The notes: a model not told the origin generated them from the letters alone. Positions 26,301 through 38,200 are shown, counted from the whole stretch's first letter. The stretch: 63,529 nucleotides of DNA, filler included, from Asterionella formosa (GCA_002256025.1; 23 parts of 23 records of this genome joined end to end with filler, not necessarily neighbours in it); one strand, 5' to 3'. Program-made: numbers and translations.

Positions 26301-26700
26301 ATCTACTTCATTCGAAGTCTGACCGGCTCACCAATTTCGAAATGATGAGAAATCTCAAAATATTTCCATAGTAGACGGAGCATATGCTAACCTTGTCTCT
26401 ATAGCTATAGTGGAGTCTTCTTTAGTGAGTATCGTCATTATGCTATACTTAGCTAAAAGTACCTGGTATTGGTGGTCTCTTGCTAATTCCCTTTAGGAAG
26501 AAAAAAAGAATTGAATATACCATAAAAAGCATGAATTCTTACTAAAATAATATGTAAAGTGTAAACTATTCCATGGTTGCTGGGCTGCGCGATACCCTGG
26601 AGTCTCAGCACAATGCAAATACTTGTACTCTGCAGAGCCAAATGCACATATATGTCATCCCCTGATGCAGAATGGGCAAACACATTTAGCCTTCAAACGC

Positions 26701-29366
26701 CTACTGTTGCTCAAAGAGCATAGTCATAACTCGTTTGATGTGCTTCATCTCAGCGGCGATTTCTGTCCTGCGGTCTGCAATGCCGGACTTCATTTGAATA
26801 ATTTGTGTTCGATCGATCTTTAGCTCGTGGGCCATTGCTTCTTTCAACGACTCAACCTCCTTCTTCAACAAATCAACTTGAGTCCTTCGAAGCTCAGCCT
26901 CTCTCTCAGTTTCAGAGGAATGTTTGGAAACCGTACTCGTGAAGATATATTCACGGACTTGAGGAGGCCACAACCAGCCAGCTGACAATATTCCAAGAAC
27001 AATCCACATGGGAATGATCCCGACAGCGGTGAACCATCGAAGACTGTTGTACGCCCAAAACTCCGCAGTGGAAACGTTAGAATCAATTTCATCTTCAAAT
27101 AGGTCAATAAGTCTCTTCCAAAACTCCTTTCCAAAAACGGTTTCCATATGGTGAAGTTCCTCATGCTGATCAGCTGCAAATATTCGTCTGACATGTTTCT
27201 TCCATGGACCACTCGCAATAGCGTCCATCTCAGCAACGAAATTAAGGCGGTTTGTCCAGAACACAATAGCAGCACGTTGATCTTGAATAACTTTGTACGA
27301 ATCGGTCACAATAGCAATCAACACGTTGGCCAACAAAATGACAACCAAGAACATGAACGTGATGTAGAGAAAGGTGGCGAAATTGGAATCTTCAAAATCT
27401 TGTTCATTGACCTCTCCGACAAGCATTGAGTAGACATAAAGAAATGCATCCCAGAACTTACAGAATGGAAAATCATTCACCGTATTGCATGCGATAGCAG
27501 TCGGAGATTTGGGTTGGACTTCGATGGCGTCCACATTGCAGTAGTCCGTTTGCTGGAATACAGTGACAAACATCTGAGCGTAGCCAACAAGAACAACTCC
27601 CAACGAAACCAAAAAGGCAAAGAGGCGTTGGAGCACGTAAAAAACACCACCGGCAAACACTGCGAAATCAATAAGCATATTTCTCAAAAAGGCAAGAACC
27701 TTGAGCCAGAGGATAGTCACACTCAAAGCGGCACCAGTACGGAATCTCGTATCATTTCCGTTGCCAGTGTTCATAAAGATTGTCCAGAAGAGAACCAAGA
27801 TGATGAACACAACATTGAGCCAGTTACTAGGATCGTAAACCCAAATGTGGAAGGATTTAAGCGAAAGGAGCGAAATTATCTGGATTATCTCACGCAACAA
27901 GAAATACCCAGCACCAATGTACAGTGGACTGAGCGTTGATGCAGAAATGGCGTCGTCATTCACTTTGTCGTTAAACCGCAGTTTGACAGATTCATTAACA
28001 TTGAAAGAGTAAGAGATGATAATCATTGCCAAGAAATAGAAATCCAATAACAAGACAGCCGTAGGAAATCGCTGAGAAATCTTTTCATTAAGCAAAACCT
28101 GAACAGAGGGCATTACCACCGCTTGTTCCGAGAGCCAATCTGGTAATGACTGCAGAGCTGTGAAGAAATCTGCAGTAGGTTCAGGGTCGGCCAGGAGGAG
28201 GAGCTCCAAACACTTTTGAACACTTTCTGGATTTATGTCAGTATTTTCGCCCTTTTTAAGGTTGCGCGAGAACTCTGCCAAGACACGAAGTGGGAGAGGG
28301 CCACCATTGGAGTTGGCCAACTTATTGTCGAGTTTCAAGAGATGACGGACAGCTCCTGGAGAGGCCTTACGACCGGCATTACTAAGAGCGAAATGGAGAG
28401 GGGTGCGTCCACTTAGATCTTGAACCGATATTGCGGCGTTGTAAGCAGCCGTCAGGACAAAAAGTGACTCCTCCAAAGCACCATACGCACAGGCATAGTG
28501 GAGGGGCTGCGATTCGACCGAAAGGCAAAAGTTAGAGAGGAAAATGAAAGGATGTAAGTCTAGTTTCAAAACGTCGCACCCATGAAATGGAACACTTACC
28601 AGCATTCCGTTGGTATCTGCAATGTGACGTTGAAATCAAAGTTAGCGACGGCCACAACAGGATTCAAGTCCAAGATGAAAAACGTACCAGCATAAGAGGC
28701 CGCCCCAGTTGAAGACAAAATGGCAACCACATCAGGCGAAACCAACCGATCCGTATTCTGGTTCCCAAGCGCGAAATGCAAAGGAGTACGACCATTGCGG
28801 TCTACTGTGGTCTTACTTTCTGGGAAGGCGTCCGCTAAACCCTTGATGACAACTGTGTCAGCACCGTAAGCACATGCGTAGTGAATAGGCAACCACCCGA
28901 AGGAATCGGGCCACCGAACAGTTTCGACAGCAAGTGTCAAAAACTCGTTAATGACATCCATTGGAGGCTTGTTTCGACAAGCAAAATGTAGGGCAGTCAT
29001 GGACGACTCCCCCCGCTGCTCCGCCGCTTGGCGGACAACATTTTTGCTATGAGTCCTTAACCATCCGCGGACAGGTTCCCATGATTCCTCAGCTTCCAAC
29101 CTAGCTTCTTCCGTCTGTCCTCGAGGCGCAGAGGCATTTGCACAGAGGTTGTTCAGTTGCAACAAATCTGGGACTGAAGAGTCAAAGGTGTGAGTGTCGT
29201 CATGGGAACGGAGCGTGTTTTGTTCTTCATAGAGCTGTTCGCCGTTGTCTACTCCGCTGTATCCCGCTTCTCCCATGAGCTGAGCTGCTCCTTGAAAGGA
29301 GTGCGGCTGTCCGTTAAGACCATCGCCGTAGTGGGAAGGACCGTCGTGTCTATGGTGGTGCGCCAT
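26701..29366 (-). CDS. Ankyrin-repeat TRP-family cation channel; exons 29366-28688, 28616-28600, 28506-26701 (~833 aa)
   Basis: Ankyrin motifs TALHFAC, LPIHYAC, GRTPLHFA. Multiple TM segments, S6 ILLANVLIAIVTDSY, TRP-box-like IVFWTNR and a C-terminal coiled coil. Confidence 0.9.
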
Positions 29367-29399
29367 GGTGAAAGAACTGACAAACCGGTCCTAATGTTA

Positions 29400-29630
29400 C
29401 CGGTCCAGGTAGGTACCTGGTACCAGTACTTTAGAACATTTATGGGAGATTTTGATAGACTTTTATATACCACAAGATATAATACTGCAGTATATCTGTA
29501 GGCATGTATATTTACGTACCTGGTACCTGGTACCTGGTACCTGGTACTGTGCAAGTATCTACAACAGTATTCCCGGTCCCCGGGGTACTGGTACCAGGTA
29601 CCGCCCATCAGGTACAGTACCTGGTACCTA
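29400..29630. repeat. (GTACCTG)n / GGTACC-rich quasi-palindromic array
   Basis: GTACCTGGTACCTGGTACCTGGTACCTGGTAC at ~29516-29547, plus scattered units in both orientations. Confidence 0.85.
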
Positions 29631-29734
29631 TTTTGGCTATTCTTATTATTTCATGTTCTGTGTATGAAAATGACAGTGTTTTGGACCTGCCTCAAAACAA
29701 TATTGATTTCCGTGTACCGGTACCCGAACATAAG

Positions 29735-29901
29735 TGTTAATATCTGCATATGATGCTCCATACATGCGCCGTACGAACCATACCGGCGCAGCCACCAGAT
29801 TAGGTACATGCGTGAGTGCTGACAACGATGTACTTGGAACAGCAATAGAATAGTCATAATATTGTAGTTCACCTTTATTCACGATAAGGTTCCCCTCAAC
29901 A
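29735..29901 (+). repeat. 5' LTR (~167 bp) of a CoDi-type Copia element
   Basis: TGTT...AACA termini, followed by a pyrimidine-rich leader and the gag ORF. Only one LTR copy is visible, so the left boundary is inferred. Confidence 0.6.
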
Positions 29902-30048
29902 GAACTACAATATCTGTTCTTTCTCTCTTGTCCGCACCTGCGAAGTTGCGGGTCTTGTCGACAGTGCAAACCAGCACTGGTCTCAACAATCAACCGTCCA
30001 GCACCGCTTGCCCGTTCGCTGTCCCTGTCTCTCAGGCCTTCTTCCACC

Positions 30049-31309
30049 ATGACGACTCCAATCGTTTCCGCTGTTTTCCCCTTCCCTCATCCGCTCTTGA
30101 CGCCGATCGAGGGCAAACCTACAGCCTTCACTGTAACCCGCCTTCGCAAGGAACTCTTTGCCAACGCTCGCTCTGTCCACTGTACCAGTGGTGGTGGTGC
30201 CAATGGTTTCCTTGGTATTGTCATGGCTGCTGCTCCTTATCTCTTACGTGCCGGTGAACCCTTTGTACCGCCCGAACATCCCGGCATCCAGCCGACACAC
30301 AGTGCTACTGCAACACAGTCCCAAATCACTGCTGCCAACCGTCTCTTTGACACCTCCCTTGACGCATTCCGCCGTTACTCCCAAATCCGTGAAATTCTCC
30401 GACAACAAATTCTAACAGCCATTGACCCAACCTACTACAACGTTCTGGAAGATGCTACATTTGGATATGCAGACATCACTGTTCTGACCTTACTTGCTCA
30501 CTTAGAATCTACATATGCAACATTGAGTGCGGATGATTTGGAACTCAATCGCATGCGCTTGGCCGATGCTTGGACACCAGAGGAACCTATTGAGCATTTA
30601 TGGATCCGCATCAAACATCTTCGTGCCATTGCTGATGCTGGTGGAGAACCTTTCTCTGACAGTACTGTCATGCGATTGACTCTTTCTGCTTTAGAACAGG
30701 CTGGTGTATATTCGCATAGCATTCAAACTTGGCGTGATCGCGCTGAGCTGGACCGTACATGGGTTAATTTTTGCCCACATTTCATGCATGCTGATAAGGA
30801 ACGATTGCGCCTTGCCACCGCCACCACTGCCGGTTATCATGGTGCCCATGCTGCCATTCAAACCAGTGGCCCTCCCCCATTGCCAGCTATTGCTGCCGCT
30901 GCTCGTGCTGTCCCTTCTGGATACACTTACAACAATGTCCAATTAGGCTATTGTTGGACTCATGGTCTTACCAAAAACCCTGACCATACCAGTGCAACTT
31001 GCAATCATCCAGCTTCTGGCCATCAACTCAATGCCACCCTTGATCGACGTCTGGGTGGCAGCGTCCGTCTGTTCAGTGATGGTCCCCGTCCTACCCGGCC
31101 ACCCCGTGTTTCACCGCCACCTTCACCACTTGCTTGATGTGGAGGGGAGCAAGTTGCTGCCGATAATACTATTAACACAAAGTTATCTCCCATCACTTGT
31201 CCCCCCGTCACACTCATTGCTGATTCTGGTAGTTCTGGCAATTACGCCACTGTTGATTTACCTGTCATCAACAAACGACCTACCACCAACCCTATCACCA
31301 TTCAACTTC
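30049..31309 (+). mobile_element. CoDi-type Copia Gag (30049-31137) and in-frame protease start after a single TGA
   Basis: GGGANGFLGIV Gag motif and YCWTHG-x6-HTSATC knuckle variant. After TGA 31135-31137 the same frame reads CGGEQ...TLIADSGSSGNY (DSG protease). Confidence 0.9.
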
Positions 31310-31575
31310 NNNNNNNNNNNNNNNNNNNNNNNNNNNNNNNNNNNNNNNNNNNNTTAATTAATTAANNNNNNNNNNNNNNNNNNNNNNNNNNNNNNNNNNN
31401 NNNNNNNNNGATTATGTCAGGACCCACTTCCGTAGGTCTAAGAGTTCAAGCCACGGAATGCTGCCGAATCCTTTTCTGGTATACCAGTCGGCAAAGTCAT
31501 CGAAGCTGAGCTCTTCTTCTGACTTGCCATTGGCGATACACCCCTTTTCATTCATTCGAATACCTGGTACCCTGG

Positions 31576-32013
31576 TGTTAAATTGTCTAGTTGAAATATC
31601 ACAGATCTTACTTTTAAGATCTCTAAAGCTGAAAAAGTATTTTCACTTTACACTTTGTAATATTGTGAGCTTTCTGTTAATAGTCTATCTAGGTCTTGTT
31701 CTTGCCTGATTACTCATGTAATCCCGAACAAGACTTCTCACACTTTCCTTGATCTCGTCAAGAATGATCTTGCTTACCGGTACTTTGACAATAAGTAAGC
31801 ATATTCATTTGACAATAAGTGAGCAGCACTTATTCTTTTGATAATAAGTGAGCATCTGATTTACTTGTCAATAAAAACATCTCCAGTCATTTGTCAATAA
31901 GTAAACATCTCCAGTCATTTGTCAATAAATGTCGAAATGTTTTGGGTCTTGGTTTCTAATCACTACTAAGAATATTGATTCTCGATTCGTTGGATTCCAC
32001 ATATATTTTATCA
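31576..32013 (-). repeat. 3' LTR (~438 bp) of a Copia element
   Basis: Begins with TG immediately after the polypurine tract AGGGAGGG at the end of RNase H and ends ...TTAACA. Internal repeats of TTGACAATAAGT and AAACATCTCCAGTCATTTGTCAATAA. Confidence 0.7.
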
Positions 32014-33007
32014 CCCTCCCTGATCTCGAGACCAACAATCCATGGTCCCATTCATAATGTGGGTTGCATGAGTGTCATGAATTTTCTGAGTGACATTCTT
32101 TGAAAGTAGGTCTGCAGGATTCTTTAAAGTATTCACATAGTCAACTCTAATATCCCCAGCCTTCACCTTTTCTCGAATGAAATGATATCTCACATCAATG
32201 TGCTTAGTTCGTGAACCAACCTGCTGATTCTTTGATAGAAAAATTGCACCTGTATTGTCTTCTGCAATGATACTGGGCATTTCCACGTATTCAACTTCAT
32301 TGAGTAGATTCATTATAAAAGTAGTTTCCTTTGATCCATCTGATAGAGCCACATACTCTGCTTCAGTGCTGGAAACAGTAACTATCTTCTGTCCTTTCGA
32401 AATCCAATTCACTAGCGATGCACCACCAATCGTGCCCAAATATGCACTTGTCGATTTCCTTGTATCTGGATTGTCCCCAAATGAGCTGTCTACCACGTCT
32501 TGAACTCGTAATTCATGTGGTGGTCTCATTTTTAATTTTCTGTTCCTTTCATCAGTTGCAATGAAACCTAACAAACGTTCAACAGCACTCCAATGGGCAT
32601 CACCTGGATTCTCTAAATGTTGAGAAAAGACACGACATGCATTCGCGCATATTGGTCCAACTTTCTTCACTAAATACAACAATTTTCCAACCATTGAACG
32701 ATATTCTTTATGGAGAATCACTTTGTCTGGATTCATTCTGAGAACAATTCCTGGAAATGCTGGGGTTGATGCATCTCTTGGATACTTTCCAAAAATATCA
32801 TGATAATCTGGGAGCATAACATGCACAAAATCCTCAATGCTCGACTCTAAGTAGCGTCCCACTTTATCTTGGCCCCAATCGTACCACACTCCCAAATGCT
32901 TCTTCAAAGGGCCAAGCTCCTTAATTGTGAAGTGTTTCTTGATTTCATTTTTGAACCATTTAATATCATTTGGCTTTCCAGCAATTGCACAATCATCGAC
33001 ATGTGTG
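32011..33007 (-). mobile_element. Ty1/Copia reverse transcriptase C-terminus + RNase H
   Basis: HVDDC at the contig edge, YRSMVGKLLYL, DTRKSTS, VSSTEAEYVAL, EDNTGAI, RTKHIDVRYHF, NPADLLSK. Confidence 0.95.
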
Positions 33008-33107
33008 NNNNNNNNNNNNNNNNNNNNNNNNNNNNNNNNNNNNNNNNNNNNTTAATTAATTAANNNNNNNNNNNNNNNNNNNNNNNNNNNNNNNNNNNNN
33101 NNNNNNN

Positions 33108-33463
33108 AAGTGGCAGCAAGCCCTTCTGCTTCAGCAAGTGGCACATTGTTGTTGGCATTCGAAGGCAAGTTCTGATGCTCTGTAGGTGCCTTCTTTATCG
33201 ACTCATCTATTGAAATGGATTCAGTGGGATTGCTGTCACTTGGCGTTGGCTTTGTTGGGGAAGAGGGATGTTGTTTGTGGTCCCTCTTGGCCTCAACCAG
33301 TTTTTGAATATCATTTAGTAAATTACTATCAATTGAATAATCATCTCCGAGTTGCAATAGCCTTGGCTCCGTCATTACCAATTAAATCAAAACTGAGATC
33401 AAGTGTAGTCAACCTTGGATCATTCGCTTTCAACCGTTTGACTTCTTCTTCCCATCTAGGCAT
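33108..33463 (-). pseudogene. RI-like LRR protein remnant with frameshift/internal deletion
   Basis: MPRWEEEVKRLKANDPRLTTLDLSFDLIGNDGAKAIATRR* (33463-33341). Another frame continues IDSNLLNDIQKLVEA, resembling an LRR C-cap. Confidence 0.55.
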
Positions 33464-34579
33464 TGTGAATGTCGTCTTTATTGTGATTGACGAGCGACTT
33501 CTTTTTTGTTCTTGTTCGAGTGAAAAGTTTTTTTGTGTTAAAACTCCTTTTCTCGTCCTGCGAAAATAGTGTCTCTACCACTTGTCCTAGAATTCTACGC
33601 AACTCATTCCTCATGCATGACAGATATATACATCTATCTACCGCTATGATGCATGATGACGAGCAGTGTCTCTACCACGTGTCGTTGAATTCTACGTAAA
33701 AGATGCAACTCATTCCTCATACCGGTATATGATAGATGATCCCGGAAAATTTGTACATCCTCATATATACACCGACTAGACTACCGGTACCGGTATCTAC
33801 AATGCATGATGGTGATTGTGATGTTGAAAGGTCTCGTACTCCTTCCCGTCTGACGGGTTCCTCTTACGTAGGACTTACCTGCTGTACCACTAGTATTGTT
33901 ATCTTCTTTCTGCTGCTAGCCTTCGTCCCACACACCAAAACTGTTAGGGTTAGGGAAAAGGGACGACGCCTCTAGGCGTCATCCCTATTGAGCATCCAGC
34001 CCTTCTAGGGCTGGGCATGTAACTGTAGCACAGAGTATGACTAATCCTATATGTACCGGTATATGTAAAAGGACATTGCTGCGTTCTCCGTGGTTCATTT
34101 TTCCTTCGACGTGTCCATGGTTGCTTTGTTTCGGTCGTGATTTCGTTACTTCCACATTTGGAACGTCGCAGTTTTTCGTGCTGATGTACTGATCATATGA
34201 CACAGGGCGACACACTGTGTGATACCAATACTTTGCTATCCCCTGATACAGGCTTGAACCACCGTGAAAGCTCCATGCAGTAAATGTGGTCACAAAATAT
34301 TGGTAAGTACGAATTTTATCTCACTTTGGTATCGGCCTTTCTCTTTTCGTTTACTTGTTGTTGTTCTTTTGGTTCTTGTGGTTGTTGCTGCTGCGCTGCC
34401 AGTCAACCCATAGTTGGTGGTCTGAGCTCGGATCATAGAATATGATGTGTAATGTTACTGGGAGTACTGGCAGCATCACCATTGGAATGGCAAGGCAGCG
34501 ATATCCATTGCTGCCAAAACATCAACGATTTCAATATATAAGTAGTGGCTAGTAGAAGTACTACTACTTATTTGATTCC

Positions 34580-34708
34580 TTAGGCCGTTGCTAACCGTTG
34601 ACCCAAACCAAAACCCAAAAACTTTTTTTTGGATTGGTTTTGGTTTTGGTCAACTGACGAAAAAACGATGCTATCGGTTTTTGGGAAATCCTAAATGCTG
34701 TCAACCAC
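34580..34708 (+). mobile_element. Putative PIF/Harbinger-type non-autonomous element end
   Basis: TTA followed by GGCCGTT (shared with the TIR at 46792 and 60767), then a subterminal inverted repeat at 34597-34654. Confidence 0.4.
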
Positions 34709-34808
34709 NNNNNNNNNNNNNNNNNNNNNNNNNNNNNNNNNNNNNNNNNNNNTTAATTAATTAANNNNNNNNNNNNNNNNNNNNNNNNNNNNNNNNNNNN
34801 NNNNNNNN

Positions 34809-35434
34809 CCCTTGAAAATGCCACGGTTGTTGCTTGTCGCTTGTGTCCTTGCCCGGCCACCACGGCTCCCGCGTGGACGGTTGTCCCTTCGCCCTCGCCC
34901 ACTGGTGCTGCCGCGTCCACTCGCTAAGCTGCCGCTTGTCGTTGCGTCTGGGGTGGCGCTCATGGGGTTTGTTGGTTTCTTGATTGGTGGCTGCGGCCTT
35001 CAGCTGCGCTACTCGAATCTATAAAGTGTTCAAAAACTCGATTAGATTAAAATGTTGAAACTCCAGCCTTCCATGTGAATGGCTGTTCCTTTTGTTTTAT
35101 TTTATTTTATCTCGAAACAATGTTGTAACAACTACCGTATTCGACCGTATCGTAGGCCTTGAACCTAGTACTGTGTTAATCGAATACAGTTGATGAAATT
35201 GATAGCAACGAGGAAGTTGTCAAACTTAAACTTTCACTTTACTAACTGGATTGTTTCGAGATAATGGTCTCGAAACACTCTTATTACTCACACTGCATTT
35301 TAACATTTTTTCTTGACCTCTGATTGATTTTCCTTGCGTTGTGCCTTTTACCACGTCAGCCCAGGTAACTCTTGGTAGCGGCTGTACGGTTTTAACTGTA
35401 GTACTGTACTCTCTCGTGTCTACTATACCCTTCA
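34809..35434 (-). mobile_element. Copia 5' end: LTR (~35027-35434), leader, and Gag N-terminus (ATG 34963)
   Basis: TG...CA-bounded segment followed by a leader and a Gly/Arg-rich Gag start (GRGRR..RGGR..IFKG). Confidence 0.6.
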
Positions 35435-35725
35435 CTCCTGTCCTGTGGCAGTCAGCTCGAATTTTTTCAACAGCAATGGAACGGATCTGACATGGTTGTC
35501 ATGAATGTTTCTTCCTGTTTGTGATCAATATCCCATCGATCTATTCGTTCTCGCAAATGTTTTACTCGATGCCACCAGTCGAAACGATTGAGGTAATGAG
35601 TAGATATTGGCAGGACGCGCAGACGTTGGAGATATACGTATAGAAATAACATCCTCTGCAAATGCATTGTTTCATAGATACGAAATTAGTTATCATTTAC
35701 TAACAGCTAGGTATATGTGTTACGG

Positions 35726-36403
35726 TTAGATCTCTTCCATTTCTCCTTCTTCTTCACACTGCATCATATTTCTCCGAACACTACTACCCGTAGTAAGGTA
35801 ATGTTCCCAACTATTTTCTAAGACAAGCAAGGCATATGCTTCATCCGATACAGTCATGATGGAGGCCATATTTTTTTTGTGTTTTTGGCTAGCATAATCA
35901 CCATACTTCACTACCCGAGAAAAAATGTAATTCACTAGAATAATGAAGGGATGCTCTTCAACTTTACCAACATCTGGTGGTTCTGTCCTGGACTGAACAA
36001 TCGTATTCCGGGAAAGGAACTGTAACTTTCCATCCTCAACCATTCCTGTTTTTATAATTAAGTATTGTTTGGAACAGGAAGCCAACAGCAATCACAACAC
36101 CTCATTTTGAACTTACTTTTGAAACCCTTTCTGATTGATGTTGAAACAGCATTCCTTTTTTCAGACATAATTTTGTTGATGTCACACTTATATGTGAACC
36201 AAAATGATTCAAACTCTTCGTCAGTACCATTTCTGAATGATGGGAAATGATAACGAACAGCACCAGCAATGCTGTCGGGTTCCCTCATTTCCAAATCATA
36301 ATCACCTGTGACGAATTTAACTTTTGGAAACAATTCCTCTCTGACCCAGCTAGCCAGAAGGTTTGTCCAATGTTTGCACCGGCCAATTCCACCTACTACT
36401 CCA
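35726..36403 (-). CDS. Spliced ORF fragment of unknown function, probably transposon-associated (TVSDEAYALLVLENSW family)
   Basis: Two ORFs joinable by a GTAAGT...CAG intron (~36116-36047). Contains FPKVKF..FW..KRN and TVSDEAYALLVLEN, motifs I recall from repetitive diatom proteins. Confidence 0.45.
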
Positions 36404-36689
36404 NNNNNNNNNNNNNNNNNNNNNNNNNNNNNNNNNNNNNNNNNNNNTTAATTAATTAANNNNNNNNNNNNNNNNNNNNNNNNNNNNNNNNNNNNNNNNN
36501 NNNTTCAATATCCTCTGGGTTATAATTCAATAAATGATAAAAAAATTTCTGGATACACAATTGATTCTCAATCAAACAACACATCTCATTCTCAATCAGC
36601 CAACAAACACATCTCTTTCTCAATCAACAAACACATCCCTCTATCAATTTCATGATTTACATTTACTATGTTTCTTTGTGAAGAATCCA

Positions 36690-37630
36690 GGAGATACTTG
36701 GCATATTGCTATTCCTACATCACTATTGGATCCCATTATTAATAGTTAATTGGTATCATCAGATGTTAACTCATGTGGGTATGACAAAATCAAAAGCTAC
36801 AATTTCTACAATTGCCACAATTGCTACACATTTTCATCATCCTACATTAAAAGCAAGAATGGAAAAATATATTGTAAGCATATGTGAAGCATGTCAAAAC
36901 ATAATAAATTACCTGGTGCTGGTTTTTGGTGAACTTCCACCAAGGAATGCATTGTTATTACAATGTTCAGAAGTCACAATGGATTTAATTGGTCCATGGA
37001 AGATAACAGTGGCTGCACAAGCAATTGAATTTCGTGCTCTAACTTGAGTTAACACAGTCACCAATTTACCAGAAATTTCACATTTCAATAGACTAATAAG
37101 ACATCAAAATATATTGCAATGAGATTTGAAAATGATTGGTTAGCGAGATATTTCCGCCCAGAACGCTGTATGAGATATTTCCGCCCAGAACGCTGTATAC
37201 ATGACAATAATGAAGGTGAATTTACTGGTATTCCTTTCATACACATGTAAATGTTGAATGGAAATAAAAATGGGATTATTACAGTCAAGAATCCACAAGC
37301 AAATGCTATCTGTGAACGTCTACATCTATTTTACCAGGAACATGCTGGGTTTTCCAATGTGATATGAAATTAAATATTCCTTTGATTACAGATTAAGTGA
37401 TAATCGACAAATTTATATGTCTTGCTAATTTCCAACATCAGCCATTCTTTGTCATTACAAAGTTTGTGACGAGATTCTAATTATATTAGATAATCCTACT
37501 ACCTTGGAAGTCCATAGACTAGGTCCTTATTCTATTATTCAAGTGCATGCCAATGGTACAGTTACTTTTCAACAAACTATGCACATTATGGAACAAATTA
37601 ATTTTCATTGCATCAAACCTTTTCAAAGGT
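36690..37630 (+). pseudogene. Degenerate Ty3/Gypsy integrase
   Basis: WYHQMLTHVG..CEACQ (HHCC), MDLIGPW, NDWLARY..CIHDN..EFTG, KNPQANAICERLH. It has stops, frameshifts and a 27-nt tandem duplication at 37145-37198. Confidence 0.85.
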
Positions 37631-37661
37631 AAAAGGTTTTCCCTTGGCTGGTGTGGGAGAG

Positions 37662-37829
37662 TGAGCAATCTTGCGCATCAATACAGATGTATATACTAGG
37701 GTTAGTAGTGTTATATCATAAATATCAGAACTCAATAATGAGAGAACTCGACTAGCCCTTATTGTATGCTTTGGTGTCGACTTGTTATGGAATGAGTTGC
37801 ACACAAGCAAGGATTAACTAATGAGCTCA
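37662..37829 (+). repeat. 3' LTR (~168 bp) of the Gypsy element
   Basis: Follows the purine-rich GGGAGAG tract and has a terminal inverted repeat TGAGC...GCTCA. Confidence 0.65.
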
Positions 37830-38200
37830 TCTATTCAACAAGTACTACTACTTCTAGTTAGATACTTTACCAGGTACCTGGTACCAGTACCGGTACTTGG
37901 CTCCCTTATGGTGTCCGGTGGTTCGCCTGAATGTATGATGAATATTCAAGTCTACTACCGGTACCTGGTAACTGGTACCATACATACATATCCTCGTTCG
38001 ACTGTGGTATTAAAGTAACTGATGGGGTTCCGGGTTTCCGTTGCTTTTGATTTGCAGATTCGATTTGTAAGCCAACTCCTTCCTGCAGGATTTGTTTTGC
38101 NNNNNNNNNNNNNNNNNNNNNNNNNNNNNNNNNNNNNNNNNNNNTTAATTAATTAANNNNNNNNNNNNNNNNNNNNNNNNNNNNNNNNNNNNNNNNNNNN

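Noticed and set aside
23540..26480. Short ORFs in the long AT-rich interval between the HAD and TRP genes
   Set aside because: No recognisable motifs or consistent splicing. Probably decayed sequence; left uncalled.
29249..29740. ORFs rich in VPGT/WYQ/YLV peptides
   Set aside because: Translation products of the (GTACCTG)n repeat.
33944..33955. Telomere
   Set aside because: Only two TTAGGG units, internal to a contig.
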